From assembly GCA_023511835.1 (NCBI GenBank), contig JAIMAT010000003.1, forward strand, positions 10,933 through 74,932: a DNA stretch of 64,000 nucleotides, read 5' to 3'. Below are positions 31,498 to 44,641 of the stretch, one piece after another. The position numbers and the translations under genes were made by a program. Under the pieces are notes generated by a model. That model made no database searches. It saw nothing but the letters and a program-made list of their open reading frames with translations, and was not told the origin of the DNA. This DNA comes from Bacillota bacterium (GTDB taxonomy: Bacteria; Bacillota; Sulfobacillia; JAIMAT01). The stretch's first letter is position 1, and each line of letters begins with the position of its first letter.

Positions 31498-32799
31498 ATG
31501 AACCAGGAATTGCTCGAAGCGCTCAACGCTCTGGCGACCGAGCGGGGCATCGACCGGCAGATCCTCATCCAGGCGCTGGAGACGGCGCTCAAGTCGGCCT
31601 ACCGGAAGCACTACGGCACGGCCAGCAACGTGGTGGTGCGCATCGACCCGGAGACGGGCGACTTTCGCGTCGCCAACCAGTTCACGGTGGCCGACCCGGT
31701 GGAGGACCCGGAGACCGAGATCAGCCTGGAGGAGGCGCGCGAGATCGACCCCGCCTACCAGCTGGGCGACGTGGTGGAACGCCCGGTGGAGCCGCGCGAC
31801 TTCGGGCGCATCGCCGCGCAGACCGCCCGCCAGGTGGTCATGCAGCAACTGCGCGAGGCCGAGAGGAACCTGATCTACGAGGAGTTCGCCAGCCGCGAGG
31901 GAGACCTGCTGACGGTGGTGGTCCGCCGCGTGCAGGGCCGCAACGTCTACATCGACCTGGGCCGGACGGAGGCCGTCCTGCTGCCGTCGGAACAGATCCC
32001 GGGCGAGATCTACCGTCCCGGCGACCGTATCCGCGTCTACCTGGCCGAGGTCCGCCAGACGGCCAAAGGGCCCCAGGTCGTCCTCTCCCGCGCCCACCCC
32101 GGACTCCTCAAACGCCTCCTGGAGCTGGAGGTTCCGGAGATCCACGACGGCGTCGTGGAGATCCGTGCCGTCGCACGCGAGGCGGGAGCCCGCGCCAAGG
32201 TGGCGGTCGCCTCGCGCGACCCCAACGTCGACCCGGTGGGCGCCTGCGTGGGCCACCGCGGCATGCGCATCCAGAACGTGGTCAACGAGCTGCACGGCGA
32301 GAAGATCGACGTCATCCGCTGGTCCGACGACCCGGCCGAGTTCGTGGCGGCGGCGCTCAGCCCGGCCCGGGTCAGCCAGGTCCGGATTCACGAGGAGGAG
32401 CGGAGCGCGCGCGTCGTGGTGCCGGACTACCAGCTCTCCCTGGCCATCGGACGCTCCGGCCAGAACGCCCGCCTGGCCGCCAAGCTGACCGGCTACCGCA
32501 TCGACATCCGCAGCGAGTCGCAGCTGGCGGACGAGGCCATGAAGGCGGCCGTCCAGTCGGGCGCCGAGGAGCTGCGCACCTTCGTCAGCGAGGCCGACAT
32601 GCTCCCCTTCGAGCGCGCCTTCCGCCAGGCGCTCAAGGAGCGCCGGGAGCGCGAGGAGCGCCGCAGGCGCCTGCAGGAGGCGGGCGAGCTGAGCGGCGAC
32701 GAGCTGGACTTCGACGACGTCGACCTGCCACCGTTCCCGGAGGCACCCGAGCCCGAACGGCCCGAGCGCTCCGGGGAGGAGGCAGAGGACGACCTCTGA
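31498..32799 (+). CDS. nusA: Transcription termination factor NusA
   Basis: FGRIAAQTARQV, VDPVGACVG, SLAIGRSGQNARLAAKLTG. Confidence 0.98.
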   Translation: MNQELLEALNALATERGIDRQILIQALETALKSAYRKHYGTASNVVVRIDPETGDFRVANQFTVADPVEDPETEISLEEAREIDPAYQLGDVVERPVEPRDFGRIAAQTARQVVMQQLREAERNLIYEEFASREGDLLTVVVRRVQGRNVYIDLGRTEAVLLPSEQIPGEIYRPGDRIRVYLAEVRQTAKGPQVVLSRAHPGLLKRLLELEVPEIHDGVVEIRAVAREAGARAKVAVASRDPNVDPVGACVGHRGMRIQNVVNELHGEKIDVIRWSDDPAEFVAAALSPARVSQVRIHEEERSARVVVPDYQLSLAIGRSGQNARLAAKLTGYRIDIRSESQLADEAMKAAVQSGAEELRTFVSEADMLPFERAFRQALKERREREERRRRLQEAGELSGDELDFDDVDLPPFPEAPEPERPERSGEEAEDDL

Positions 32800-32860
32800 A
32801 GCCGGGCCCCGCGACGGAGGCCGGACCGGGGACGAAGGGCGGGGACGGGGGACGACGACC

Positions 32861-33154
32861 ATGAACAGGGTGAGGAAGCCGCCCCAGAGGACCTGTATCG
32901 GCTGCGGAGAGACCGGGGGCAAGCGCCAGCTGCTCCGCCTGGTGCGCACCCCCGACGGCGCCATCTGCTTCGATCCCACCGGCAAGCGTGCGGGACGGGG
33001 CGCCTACCTCCACGCCGAAGTGGAGTGCGTGGAGCGGGGGCTGACGCCGGCCCGGCTGGAGCGCGCGCTCCGCCTCCGACCCGCGCCGGAGACGGTGGAG
33101 GCGCTCCGCCGGGAGCTGGAGCCGCTCCTGGCCGGACCGGGGGCGACGCCTTGA
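32861..33154 (+). CDS. ylxR: YlxR/RnpM family protein
   Basis: PQRTCIGC, KRQLLRLV, GRGAYL. Confidence 0.93.
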   Translation: MNRVRKPPQRTCIGCGETGGKRQLLRLVRTPDGAICFDPTGKRAGRGAYLHAEVECVERGLTPARLERALRLRPAPETVEALRRELEPLLAGPGATP

Positions 33155-33502
33155 GCGCGCTGCCACGGGCCTGGCGCGAGCTCCTGGGACTGGCCATGGC
33201 GGCCGGCCGGGTGGCGTGGGGGCGGCGCGCCGCGCGGGAGGCGCTGCAGGAGGGCCGGGCCGCCCTGATCGTGCTGGCCGAGGACGCGGGACCCGCGGCG
33301 CGGGAACAGGTCAGCCGGGAGGCGGCGCGTGCCGGCGTACCCTGCCTCGTGGCCGGCTGCCGCCTGGAGCTGGGCTCGGCCATCGGCCGGCCGCCCGTGG
33401 GCGTGCTGGCCGTCACCGACCGCCGGCTGGCCGAGACGTTGGAGGACCGATGGAAAGCGGCGAGCGACCCTCACCGGCCGGCTCGCCAGGAGGTGGAGGC
33501 TA

Positions 33503-36181
<2,679 letters not shown>

Positions 36182-36200
36182 GAGCTGGGGGCGTGCGAGG

Positions 36201-37556
36201 GTGGTCTCCAAGACACGCATGGGGCGGGTGGCGGGCGGCCTGGAGCGGGAGCTGAGCGCCATCCTGCGCGAGCTGAAGGATCCCAGGATCGGCTTCGTCT
36301 CCATCACCGGCGTCGAGGTCAGCCCCGACCTCCGCCACGCGCGCGTCTACGTCAGCGTGCTGGGCGGCCCCGAGGCGGAGGCCGCCACCCTGGAGGGGCT
36401 GCGCAGCTCGCAGGGCTACCTCCGCGGCGAGGTGACGCGGCGCCTTCGCCTGCGCCTGGCGCCGGAGCTGGAGTGGGTGCCGGACCACAGCATCGAGCGG
36501 GGCGTCCGCATCTCCAAGCTGATCCGCGACGTGCGCGAGGCGGAAGAGCGGGCCCACGAGGGGCGGGAGGCGGTGGCCCGCCTCCTCGGCGCCGCGCAGA
36601 GCCTGCTCCTGGCGGTTCACGTCCGGCCCGACGGCGACGCGGTGGGATCGGCGCTGGGGCTCGGCCTGGCCCTGGAGCGGGCGGGGAAGCGGGTGCGCTT
36701 CCTGGTGGACGGCGGCATCCCGCGCTACCTGGCCTGGCTGCCGGGCGCCGGGCGCTTCGAGCCGCCGGCGCCGCTGGAGGAGAGCCCGGACGCGGCGGTG
36801 CTGCTGGACTGCGGCGACCTGGAGCGGGTGGGCCAGGTGCGGCCGCTCCTGGAGCAGGCGCGCGAGGTGGTCAACATCGACCACCACCCCTCCAACACCC
36901 GCTACGGCAGCACCCGCTGGATCGAGCCGGGGGCGGCGGCCGTGGGCGAGCAGGTGCTGGACCTGCTGGACGAGCTGGGACTGGAGCCGGACGAGGCGGT
37001 GGCCACGGCGCTCTTCGCCTCCATCGCCAGCGACACGGGCGGTTTCCGCTACTCCAACACCACCGCCTCCACGCTGGAGCGGGCGGCGCGCCTGGTGCGG
37101 GCGGGGGCGCGGCCCGACGAGATCGCGCGACGGCTCTGGGAGGAGAGGACGCCCGGCTCGCTCCGCCTGCTGGGGCGGGTGCTGGAGGGCCTGGAGGTCC
37201 TGGCGGGCGGCCGCTTCGCGCGGGTGCGCGTGCCGGCGCGGCTGCTCGAGGAGGCGGGGGCGGCCGAGGAGGACGTGGAGGGGCTGGTCAACTACCCGCG
37301 CAGCCTCCAGGGCGTCGAGGCGGCCGCCCTCTTCCAGGAGGTCCGCCTGGAAGGGCGGCCGGCCGTCCGGGTCAGCCTCCGCTCCAACCGCTGGCTGGAC
37401 GTCTCCGCGGTGGCCGTCCGCTTCGGCGGCGGCGGCCACGGGCGGGCGGCCGGCTGCACGGTGGAGGGGAGCCTGGACGAGGTGGTGGCAGAGGTGAGCC
37501 GCGCCGTGGAAGAGGCGCTGGCCGCCGGCCCCGAGGCGGGAGGCGGGGAGGCGTGA
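36201..37556 (+). CDS. rbfA: Fused RbfA + DHH/DHHA1 nano-RNase/pAp phosphatase (NrnA)
   Basis: About aa 1-115 RbfA ([32 protein letters not shown]); remainder DHH ([27 protein letters not shown]). Confidence 0.92.
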   Translation: MVSKTRMGRVAGGLERELSAILRELKDPRIGFVSITGVEVSPDLRHARVYVSVLGGPEAEAATLEGLRSSQGYLRGEVTRRLRLRLAPELEWVPDHSIERGVRISKLIRDVREAEERAHEGREAVARLLGAAQSLLLAVHVRPDGDAVGSALGLGLALERAGKRVRFLVDGGIPRYLAWLPGAGRFEPPAPLEESPDAAVLLDCGDLERVGQVRPLLEQAREVVNIDHHPSNTRYGSTRWIEPGAAAVGEQVLDLLDELGLEPDEAVATALFASIASDTGGFRYSNTTASTLERAARLVRAGARPDEIARRLWEERTPGSLRLLGRVLEGLEVLAGGRFARVRVPARLLEEAGAAEEDVEGLVNYPRSLQGVEAAALFQEVRLEGRPAVRVSLRSNRWLDVSAVAVRFGGGGHGRAAGCTVEGSLDEVVAEVSRAVEEALAAGPEAGGGEA

Positions 37557-38530
37557 GGGTCGCGGGAGAAGAGGCGACCGGACCCGCGCGCCGCGCCGAG
37601 GGAGGGCTCCTGTCCGTCCTCAAGGCGCCCGGCCCTACCTCGCAGCAGCTGGTCAACCGCATACGAAGGCTCTTCGGCGAGCGGCGCGTCGGCCACGCCG
37701 GCACCCTCGACCCGGCGGCCGCCGGGCTGATGCTGGTGGGCGTGGGACGGGGGACGCGCCTCCTGGCCTACCTGCTGGGCGGGGAGAAGCGCTACCTCTT
37801 CTGGTGCCGCTTCGGCCTTCGCACCGAGACGGGCGACGCGGAGGGCAGGCGGCTGGAGAGGACTTCCGCCTCGCACTTGAGCGCGGGCGACGTGGAGGCC
37901 CTGCTGCCGCGCTTCCAGGGCCGCGTCCGGCTGCCGGTGCCGATCTACTCGGCCGCGCACGTCCAGGGCGAGCGGGCCTACCGGCTTGCCCGCCAGGGCC
38001 GGACGGTGCATATGCCGGAGCGCGAGGTGCACATCGAAAGCCTCGTCTTGCGCGGGTGGGAGGAGGGGGAGCAGCCGGCCGCGCTGCTCGACCTGCGCTG
38101 CTCGGCGGGCACCTACGTCCGTTCGCTCTGCGCGCGCCTGGGCGAGGAGGCGGGCACCGGCGCCGTCCTCGATTCGCTCCTGCGCGTCGAGGTGGGCGGC
38201 CACCGGCTGGAGTCGGCCTGGACGCTGGAGGAGCTGGAGGATCTCCGCCCGACGGAGCGCTGGGAGGCGCTCTTGCCGCCGGGGCGCGCGCTGCCGGAGC
38301 TGCCCCGGGTGACGGTCGACCGCATCGACGCCCGGCGTCTGCGCCACGGCCAGCCCATCCGCCTGCCACGGCTCGTGGTGCCCGGCGACCCGCCGCCGGA
38401 ACGGCTGCAGGTGGAGACGCGCGACGCCTGGGTGGGCGTGGTGCGGCCGCGTCCGGAGGGCTCGGCCTGGCTGGTCTGCCGGCCGGAGATGATCTGGCGG
38501 GCGGAGGAGGGCTGGCGTGCGACGCTCTGA
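37553..38530 (+). CDS. truB: tRNA pseudouridine(55) synthase
   Basis: [29 protein letters not shown]. Confidence 0.95.
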   Translation: MRVAGEEATGPARRAEGGLLSVLKAPGPTSQQLVNRIRRLFGERRVGHAGTLDPAAAGLMLVGVGRGTRLLAYLLGGEKRYLFWCRFGLRTETGDAEGRRLERTSASHLSAGDVEALLPRFQGRVRLPVPIYSAAHVQGERAYRLARQGRTVHMPEREVHIESLVLRGWEEGEQPAALLDLRCSAGTYVRSLCARLGEEAGTGAVLDSLLRVEVGGHRLESAWTLEELEDLRPTERWEALLPPGRALPELPRVTVDRIDARRLRHGQPIRLPRLVVPGDPPPERLQVETRDAWVGVVRPRPEGSAWLVCRPEMIWRAEEGWRATL

Positions 38531-39482
38531 CCGCCTGGAGGAGTTCGCCGCGCGCCGGGCGCGGGTGGCCATCGGCACCTTCGACGGCGTCCACCTGGGC
38601 CACCGGGAACTGATCCGGCGGGCCGTGGAACGGGCGCGGGAAGAGGGTGGCGAGGCCGTGGCGCTCACCTTCTGGCCGCACCCGGCGCAGGTCCTGGCGC
38701 CGGCCGGGGCGCCCAGGCTCCTCACCGGCCGGGAGGAGCGGGCGCGGCGCATCGCCTCGCTGGGCGTGGACGCGCTCTTCGAGATCCCCTTCTCGCCCGG
38801 GGTGGCTTCCTGGCCGGCCGAGCGCTTCGTGCGCGAGCTGCTGGCGGCCCGGCTGGACGTGCGCACGGTGGTCGTCGGCTACAACTTCACCTTCGGCCGC
38901 GGCGCCGAGGGGCGGCCCGAGACGCTGCGCCGGCTGGGGGGAGAGCTGGGCTTCGAGACGGTGGTGGTGGAGCCGGTCTGCGAGGGCGGGCGGCCCGTCT
39001 CCTCCTCGCGCATTCGCGCCCTGGTGGCCGCCGGCGAGGTGGCCGAGGCCGGCCGCCTCCTGGGCGCGCCCTTCCGCCTGGAGGGGCGCGTGGTGCCGGG
39101 CGACCGGCGCGGCCGGCAGCTGGGCTTCCCCACCGCCAACCTGGACGTGCCGGAGGAGCTGCTGCGGCCGGCCCGGGGCGTCTACGCGGCCTGGGCGGAG
39201 TGGCAGCCGGCGGAGGCGCCCGGCGGGGCGCGGGCGAGGGAGGGGAGGCCGGTGCGCCGGGCGCCGGCGGTGGTCAACGTCGGCATCCGGCCCACTTTCG
39301 ACGGCCGTCGCGAGGTGGTGGAGGCGCACCTCCCGGGGATCGAGGAGGATCTCTACGGCGTCCGGCTCTCCCTGGACCTGGTGGAGCGGCTCCGGGAGGA
39401 GCGGCGCTTCGCCGGGGCGGAGGAGCTTCGCCGCCAGATCGCCGAGGACGTCCAAGCAGCCCGGCGACGGCTCGCGTGGTAG
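38517..39482 (+). CDS. ribF: Bifunctional riboflavin kinase/FAD synthetase
   Basis: IGTFDGVHLGH, VSSSRIR, GFPTAN, NVGIRPT. Confidence 0.97.
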   Translation: MRRSDRLEEFAARRARVAIGTFDGVHLGHRELIRRAVERAREEGGEAVALTFWPHPAQVLAPAGAPRLLTGREERARRIASLGVDALFEIPFSPGVASWPAERFVRELLAARLDVRTVVVGYNFTFGRGAEGRPETLRRLGGELGFETVVVEPVCEGGRPVSSSRIRALVAAGEVAEAGRLLGAPFRLEGRVVPGDRRGRQLGFPTANLDVPEELLRPARGVYAAWAEWQPAEAPGGARAREGRPVRRAPAVVNVGIRPTFDGRREVVEAHLPGIEEDLYGVRLSLDLVERLREERRFAGAEELRRQIAEDVQAARRRLAW

Positions 39483-39499
39483 AATAACCGCGGTTTTCA

Positions 39500-39552
39500 G
39501 GCCCCGGCCCGGAATGGCGAGCGACCTCCCGGCGCATCCCTGGCCGCGGGCG
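39500..39552 (+). promoter_or_regulatory. Probable S15 autoregulatory leader hairpin; extended -10 (TGgTAGAAT) at 39477-39485
   Basis: Long imperfect stem GCCCCGGCC...GGCCGCGGGC upstream of rpsO; function inferred from position. Confidence 0.45.
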
Positions 39553-39598
39553 ACGATCGGCGCCCGCCGGGCGCCCCGCGAGGGAGGCTGGAGGCAGC

Positions 39599-39871
39599 AT
39601 GTCCCTGGAACAGTCCGTCAAGAGGAGCATCATCGAGAGCTATGCCCGTCACCCCCAGGACACCGGCTCCACCGAGGTGCAGGTGGCCATCCTGACTCGG
39701 CGGATCAACGACCTGACCGAGCACCTGCGGGCCCACCCCAAGGATCACCACTCGCGGCGCGGACTCCTGAAGATGGTGGGCAAGCGCCGGCGGTTGCTCA
39801 ACTACCTGGAGCGGGAGGACCCGAAGCGGTACGCGGAAGTGACCAGGAGCCTCGGGATCCGGACCCGTTAG
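39599..39871 (+). CDS. rpsO: 30S ribosomal protein S15
   Basis: [33 protein letters not shown]. Confidence 0.99.
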   Translation: MSLEQSVKRSIIESYARHPQDTGSTEVQVAILTRRINDLTEHLRAHPKDHHSRRGLLKMVGKRRRLLNYLEREDPKRYAEVTRSLGIRTR

Positions 39872-39923
39872 GCGGCGGCGGGGGACCTCCCCCGCCCCGC
39901 GCGTGCAGAGAGGAGGTCACTGT

Positions 39924-42185
39924 TTGGAGAAGCGGGTCTTCAGCACCACCCTGGCCGGGCGGCCCCTCAGCGTGGAAATCGGCGAGGTGGCCCGGCAGGC
40001 CAACGGCGCCTGCCTGGTCCGGTACGGGGATACCGTGGTCCTGGTGACCGCGGTGATGTCCAAGGAGACGCGGGAGGGGATCGACTTCTTCCCCCTGCGC
40101 GTCGACTTCGAGGAGCGCCAGTACGCCGCCGGGCGCATCCCGGGCAGCTTCTTCCGGCGCGAGGGGCGGCCCAGCGAGCGGGCGGTCCTCTCGGCGCGGC
40201 TGATGGACCGGCCCATCCGGCCGCTCTTCCCCAAGGGGCTGACCAACGAGGTGCAGGTGGTCTGCACCGTCCTCTCCTTCGACGGGGACAACCAGCCGGA
40301 CATCCTGGGTATCCTCGGCGAGAGCATCGCCCTCTCCATCTCCGACATCCCCTTCGACGGGCCCATCGCCGGCGTCACGGTGGGCATGGTGGACGGCAAC
40401 TTCGTCCTCAACCCGACGCTGGAGCAGTACCAGCGCTCGCGCCTGGACCTGACCGTGGCCGGCACCCGCGAGGCGGTCATCATGGTCGAGGGGAACGCCG
40501 ACGAGCTGCCCGAGGAAGACATCCTGGCGGCGATGGACTTCGCCCACCGGGCCATCCGCCAGCTGATCGAGTGGCAGGACGGCATCGTCGCCGAGCTGGG
40601 GCGGCCCAAGTTCGCCTTCACGCCGGTGGCGGTGCCCGAGGAGCTGGAGCAGGCCGTCCGCGCCGAGGCGACGGCGGTGCTGCGCGAGACGCTGCTCAAC
40701 CCGGACAAGCTGGCGCGCGAGGAGGCGCTGGCCCAGGCCAAGGAGCAGCTGAAGAACGCCCTGCTGGAGCGCTTCCCGGAGCAGGAGAAGGCCGTGGCCA
40801 CGGTGCTCGACGCCATCGAGCGCGAGCAGCTGCGGCGCATGATCCTGGACGAGAAGATCCGCCCCGACGGGCGCAGACCCGACGAGATCCGGCCGGTCAG
40901 CTGCCGCGTCGGCCTCCTGCCGCGCACGCACGGCTCGGCCCTCTTCACCCGCGGGCAGACGCAGGCGCTGACCGTGGCCGCGCTGGGTGCGCTGGAGGAC
41001 CGCCAGTTCCTGGACTCCATCGGCGAGCCGGAGGAGTACAAGCGCTACCTGCACCACTACAACTTCCCGCCCTACTCCACCGGCGAGGTGCGGCCGCTGC
41101 GCGCGCCCGGCCGGCGCGAGATCGGCCACGGCCGCCTCGCGGAGATGGCGCTTCAGCGGATGATCCCGCCCGAGGAAGAGTTCCCCTACACCATCCGTCT
41201 GGTCTCCGAGATCCTGGAGTCCAACGGCTCCTCCTCCATGGCCTCGGTCTGCGGCAGCACGCTGGCGCTGATGGACGCCGGCGTCCCCATTCGCGAACCG
41301 GTGGCGGGCATCGCCATGGGCCTGATCAGCGAGGGCGACCAAGTGGAGGTCCTCTCGGACATCCAGGGCATCGAGGACCACCTGGGCGACATGGACTTCA
41401 AGGTGGCGGGCACGCGGAACGGCATCACCGCCATGCAGCTGGACGCCAAGATCGAGGGCGTGGACCGCGTGATCCTGGCGCGCGCGCTGGAGCAGGCCCG
41501 CCGGGGACGGCTCTTCATCCTGGGCAAGATGCTGGAGGCCATCGACAAGCCGCGCCCCGAGCTCTCGCCCTACGCGCCGCGCATCCTGACGCTGCAGATC
41601 AACCCCGACCGCATCCGCGACGTCATCGGTCCCGGCGGCCGGACCATCAACCGCATCGTCCAGGAGACCGGCGCCAAGATCGACGTGGAGGAGAGCGGCA
41701 AGATCTATGTGGCCACGCCGGACCTGGCGGCGGCGGAGCGGGCGGTGGCCATGATCCGCGAGCTGACGCACGAGGTGGAACCGGGCGAGGTCTACCTGGG
41801 CAAGGTGGTCCGCCTGACCAACTTCGGCGCCTTCGTGGAGCTTTTCCCGGGCAAGGACGGCCTCGTCCACATCTCGCAGCTGGGTGCGGGCCCCGAGCGG
41901 ACGGCCCGGGTGGAGGACGTGGTCTCGCTGGGCGACCGGATCCTGGTCAAGGTGACCGAGATCGACGAGCTGGGCAGGGTCAACCTCTCCCGTCGCGACG
42001 CGCTGCGCCAGTTCCCCGAGCGCGCCGCCGAAGAGGAGGTGCATCCGAAGGTCGCCCCCGCCGACCACCGGGCTTCGGGCAAGCCGGCGCCCGGTCGGGG
42101 CGGCGAGGCGCGGGACGGGCAGGCGGCGCAGCCGGAGGGCGAGCGCCCGCCGCGCCACCGCTCGCGTCACGGGCACCGACGCTGA
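39924..42185 (+). CDS. pnp: Polyribonucleotide nucleotidyltransferase
   Basis: [43 protein letters not shown]+S1 domains. Confidence 0.98.
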   Translation: MEKRVFSTTLAGRPLSVEIGEVARQANGACLVRYGDTVVLVTAVMSKETREGIDFFPLRVDFEERQYAAGRIPGSFFRREGRPSERAVLSARLMDRPIRPLFPKGLTNEVQVVCTVLSFDGDNQPDILGILGESIALSISDIPFDGPIAGVTVGMVDGNFVLNPTLEQYQRSRLDLTVAGTREAVIMVEGNADELPEEDILAAMDFAHRAIRQLIEWQDGIVAELGRPKFAFTPVAVPEELEQAVRAEATAVLRETLLNPDKLAREEALAQAKEQLKNALLERFPEQEKAVATVLDAIEREQLRRMILDEKIRPDGRRPDEIRPVSCRVGLLPRTHGSALFTRGQTQALTVAALGALEDRQFLDSIGEPEEYKRYLHHYNFPPYSTGEVRPLRAPGRREIGHGRLAEMALQRMIPPEEEFPYTIRLVSEILESNGSSSMASVCGSTLALMDAGVPIREPVAGIAMGLISEGDQVEVLSDIQGIEDHLGDMDFKVAGTRNGITAMQLDAKIEGVDRVILARALEQARRGRLFILGKMLEAIDKPRPELSPYAPRILTLQINPDRIRDVIGPGGRTINRIVQETGAKIDVEESGKIYVATPDLAAAERAVAMIRELTHEVEPGEVYLGKVVRLTNFGAFVELFPGKDGLVHISQLGAGPERTARVEDVVSLGDRILVKVTEIDELGRVNLSRRDALRQFPERAAEEEVHPKVAPADHRASGKPAPGRGGEARDGQAAQPEGERPPRHRSRHGHRR

Positions 42186-42249
42186 GAGAGGGACGGAGAG
42201 TAACCGCTGGAGGCCCGCTCCGTCGCACGGCCGGGCGGGTACCACGAGG

Positions 42250-42298
42250 AGAGCTTCCTACCGGATCACGCTGGCGGAGCACGGGGGAAGCTTTTTTC
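42250..42298 (+). terminator. Intrinsic terminator after pnp
   Basis: AGAGCTTCC...GGAAGCTTT stem with a large loop and a T6 run. Confidence 0.5.
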
Positions 42299-42332
42299 AT
42301 GCCTGTCCCGCGCCACCCGCCGCCTGCTGCCG

Positions 42333-42362
42333 TCATAGCCGGGGACAGCCTGGGCATAGCGG
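42333..42362 (+). promoter_or_regulatory. SigE-like sporulation promoter
   Basis: TCATAGC-15nt-CATAGCGG resembles the SigE consensus TCATATT-N14/15-CATACAHT. Confidence 0.4.
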
Positions 42363-42383
42363 TGGAGCGGAGGCGAAGGGGCG

Positions 42384-43274
42384 CTGGCCGGCTGGAGGGG
42401 GCTGGCAGGAGGCGGAGGAAGCGCGCGGGAACGACGCCGGGCCTGGTTCCTCGTTCTGGCGCTGCTCCTGGTGCTGGCCGCCGGCGGGGCGGTGCCGCGG
42501 GTGGAGCGCCTGCTCTTCGGCGTCCGCCCCGGTGTCACGCTGGATGGGAAGCCCATGGGCGGGCTCCTGCCGGGCGAGGTGCGCGCGCGCGTCCAGGCCA
42601 TGGCCCGCGCGGCCTACCGGCCGCCGCGCAACGCGCGCGTGGAGCCGGGTAGCGGGCGGATCCTGCCCGAGCAGGCGGGCGAGCAGGTGGACGTCGCCGC
42701 CACCGTGCGCGCCGTCCTGGACGCGCGGGCCGGGGCGCGGCTCCGCTCGGTCCGCCTGCCCGTCGAGCCGCGCATCACCGCCCGCCTCCTCCGCTCCATG
42801 ACGCGCCAGCTGGGGAGCTACCGGACCTGGCTCGAAGGCAGCTGGGAGCGGGTGCACAACATCGAGGTGGGCGCGGCCGCCCTGGACAACTCGCTGGTCC
42901 TGCCGGGCGAGGTCTTCTCCTTCTGGAGGGCGCTGGGTGAGCCGACGCGGGCCCGCGGCTACCTGGAGGCGCCGGTCATCTCGGGCGAGGCCTTCGTGCC
43001 CGGCGTCGGCGGCGGGCTCTGCCAGGTCTCCTCGACGCTCTACAACGCCGTGCTGGACGCCGGCCTCGAGGTGGTGGAGCGGCACGGTCACAGCCTGGCC
43101 GTCGACTACGTCCCGCCGGGCCGCGACGCCACCGTGGCCTGGGATATGCTGGACTTCCGCTTCCGCAACGACAGCGACGGGCCGGTCCTCGTCCGGGCGC
43201 GGATCGAGGGCTGGCAGTTGCACGTATGGATCCTGGCGCCGGCGCAGGCGCCGCACGCCGGTGCGGCGAACTAG
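42384..43274 (+). CDS. VanW-domain membrane-anchored protein (YoaR-like); start probably CTG at 42384
   Basis: GEVFSF, GGGLCQVSSTLYNA, GRDATV, DFRFRN; in-frame TM segment (RRRAWFLVLALLLVL) upstream of the listed GTG. Confidence 0.85.
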   Translation: MAGWRGLAGGGGSARERRRAWFLVLALLLVLAAGGAVPRVERLLFGVRPGVTLDGKPMGGLLPGEVRARVQAMARAAYRPPRNARVEPGSGRILPEQAGEQVDVAATVRAVLDARAGARLRSVRLPVEPRITARLLRSMTRQLGSYRTWLEGSWERVHNIEVGAAALDNSLVLPGEVFSFWRALGEPTRARGYLEAPVISGEAFVPGVGGGLCQVSSTLYNAVLDAGLEVVERHGHSLAVDYVPPGRDATVAWDMLDFRFRNDSDGPVLVRARIEGWQLHVWILAPAQAPHAGAAN

Positions 43275-43297
43275 GCGCCGTCCGGGGGTGGGAAGCG

Positions 43298-43708
43298 TTG
43301 GCGGAGGCGGAGCGGGTTCACGACCGCCTGGCGGACATCTTTCTGCGCCAGGCGGAGCTGGACGAGGAGATCGCCCGGCTGCGCGGCCTCGACTTCCCCG
43401 CCGAGGTCTGGGCGGAGAAGCTGAGCCTGGCGCTGACCGCCGAGCTGTTCGAGGTGCTGGAGGCGCTCAACTTCAAGTGGTGGAAGAACCCGGAACCCGT
43501 CCAGGCGGAGGCGGTGCGGGAGGAGCTGGCCGACGTCCTCCACTTCTTCGTCAGCCTCTGCCTCCATCTGGGCGTCGGCCCGGAGGAGCTCTATGAGGCC
43601 TACGTGCGCAAGCAGCGCGAGAACCTGGCACGGCAGCGCGGCCGTTCCAGCCGGCCGGGTTACGCCGTACGCGAGCGGGACGGAGGTGGGGCGGATGCTC
43701 TGGAGTGA
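43298..43708 (+). CDS. dut: Dimeric all-alpha dUTPase (dUTPase_2 family)
   Basis: ELFE..NFKWWK, EELADVLHF, Y..K..EN..RQ..GY. Confidence 0.82.
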   Translation: MAEAERVHDRLADIFLRQAELDEEIARLRGLDFPAEVWAEKLSLALTAELFEVLEALNFKWWKNPEPVQAEAVREELADVLHFFVSLCLHLGVGPEELYEAYVRKQRENLARQRGRSSRPGYAVRERDGGGADALE

Positions 43709-43940
43709 CCTCGAAGGCAAGGAGATCGTCAACCTGCGCGACGGCGAGAAGCTGGGCCGCATGTCGGACGCGGACCTGATCATCGACCCGGCCACGGGGG
43801 AGATCCACGCGCTGGCGGTGGAGGGCGGCTGGCGCCTCCTCGGCGGCCGCAGCGTCTGGGAGATCCCCTGGTCGAGCGTCCGTCGTATCGGTAGCGAGGT
43901 GGTCATCGTCGACGTCGACCCCGCCACGGTCCGGCTCTGA
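43695..43940 (+). CDS. ymxH: YlmC/YmxH PRC-barrel sporulation protein
   Basis: SDLEGKEIVNLRDGEKLG, IPWSSVRRIGSEVVIV. Confidence 0.92.
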   Translation: MLWSDLEGKEIVNLRDGEKLGRMSDADLIIDPATGEIHALAVEGGWRLLGGRSVWEIPWSSVRRIGSEVVIVDVDPATVRL

Positions 43941-44049
43941 CGGGCGCGGCCGGGCCCTGGCAGGATCGGGCATCGCGCCTCTCCCTCCGCGCGGCGGGCC
44001 GCCGGGAATACTAGCGGCGGCAGTCAGGTTGGCCTGGGAGGGTTGTGCG

Positions 44050-44541
44050 ATGGCAAGGACGGTAGCCGGGCTCTTCGACAGCCGGGACGCCGCCGAACGG
44101 GCGGTCCGGGCGCTGGAGCAGGCCGGCTTCAACGACCGCCAGGTCTCGCTGGCGGGCAAGGACGAGCGGGCGCGCGGCGGAGCCGGTGACCGCGCCGGGG
44201 CCGGGGGCGGCTGGGGCGACCAGAACCTCGCCAACGGCACCGGATGGGGCGCCGGCATCGGGGCGGGCGTGGGTCTGGCCGCCTCGCTGGGCGCCCTCGC
44301 CATCCCGGGGATCGGACCGCTGGTGGCCATGGGGCCGCTGGCCGCCACCCTGGGTGGTGCCGCCGCCGGCGGCCTGGCCGGCGGGCTGGTGGACATGGGC
44401 ATCCCCGAGAACGAGAGCCGCAGGTACGAGCAGGACGTGCGCCAGGGCCGCTTCCTGGCTGTGGTGCAGGACAGCCGCAGGGCGGACGAGGCGGCGCAAA
44501 TCCTGCGCCAGCAAGGGGCGCGGGACGTGCGCAGCTACTAG
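44050..44541 (+). CDS. General stress protein (YflT/17M-like with glycine zipper)
   Basis: GLFDSRDAAERAV..L..AGF, IPGIGPLVAMGPL, GLVDMGIP..Y. Confidence 0.8.
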   Translation: MARTVAGLFDSRDAAERAVRALEQAGFNDRQVSLAGKDERARGGAGDRAGAGGGWGDQNLANGTGWGAGIGAGVGLAASLGALAIPGIGPLVAMGPLAATLGGAAAGGLAGGLVDMGIPENESRRYEQDVRQGRFLAVVQDSRRADEAAQILRQQGARDVRSY

Positions 44542-44568
44542 GCGGCCGGCTCCTTGCGGACGGGAGGC

Positions 44569-44605
44569 GAGGGCGGGGGTGCGCCTGACGTGCGCCCCCG
44601 CCCTC
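44569..44605. terminator. Long GC hairpin between the stress gene and dapB
   Basis: GAGGGCGGGGGTGCGC-CTGAC-GTGCGCCCCCGCCCTC; followed by a TGcTAGCAT extended -10 candidate. Confidence 0.45.
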
Positions 44606-44641
44606 TGCTAGCATGGTCCGTTGAACGGGGGTGGCGAGGCC

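Noticed and set aside
42186-42250. T-box riboswitch (AGAGTA...GGTACCACG)
   Set aside because: Lacks the UGGN bulge (has CGGG), is too short for stem I, and the downstream gene is unrelated to amino acids
44004-44013. SigF/SigB-like -10 (GGGAATACTA) before the stress gene
   Set aside because: No matching -35 at the expected spacing
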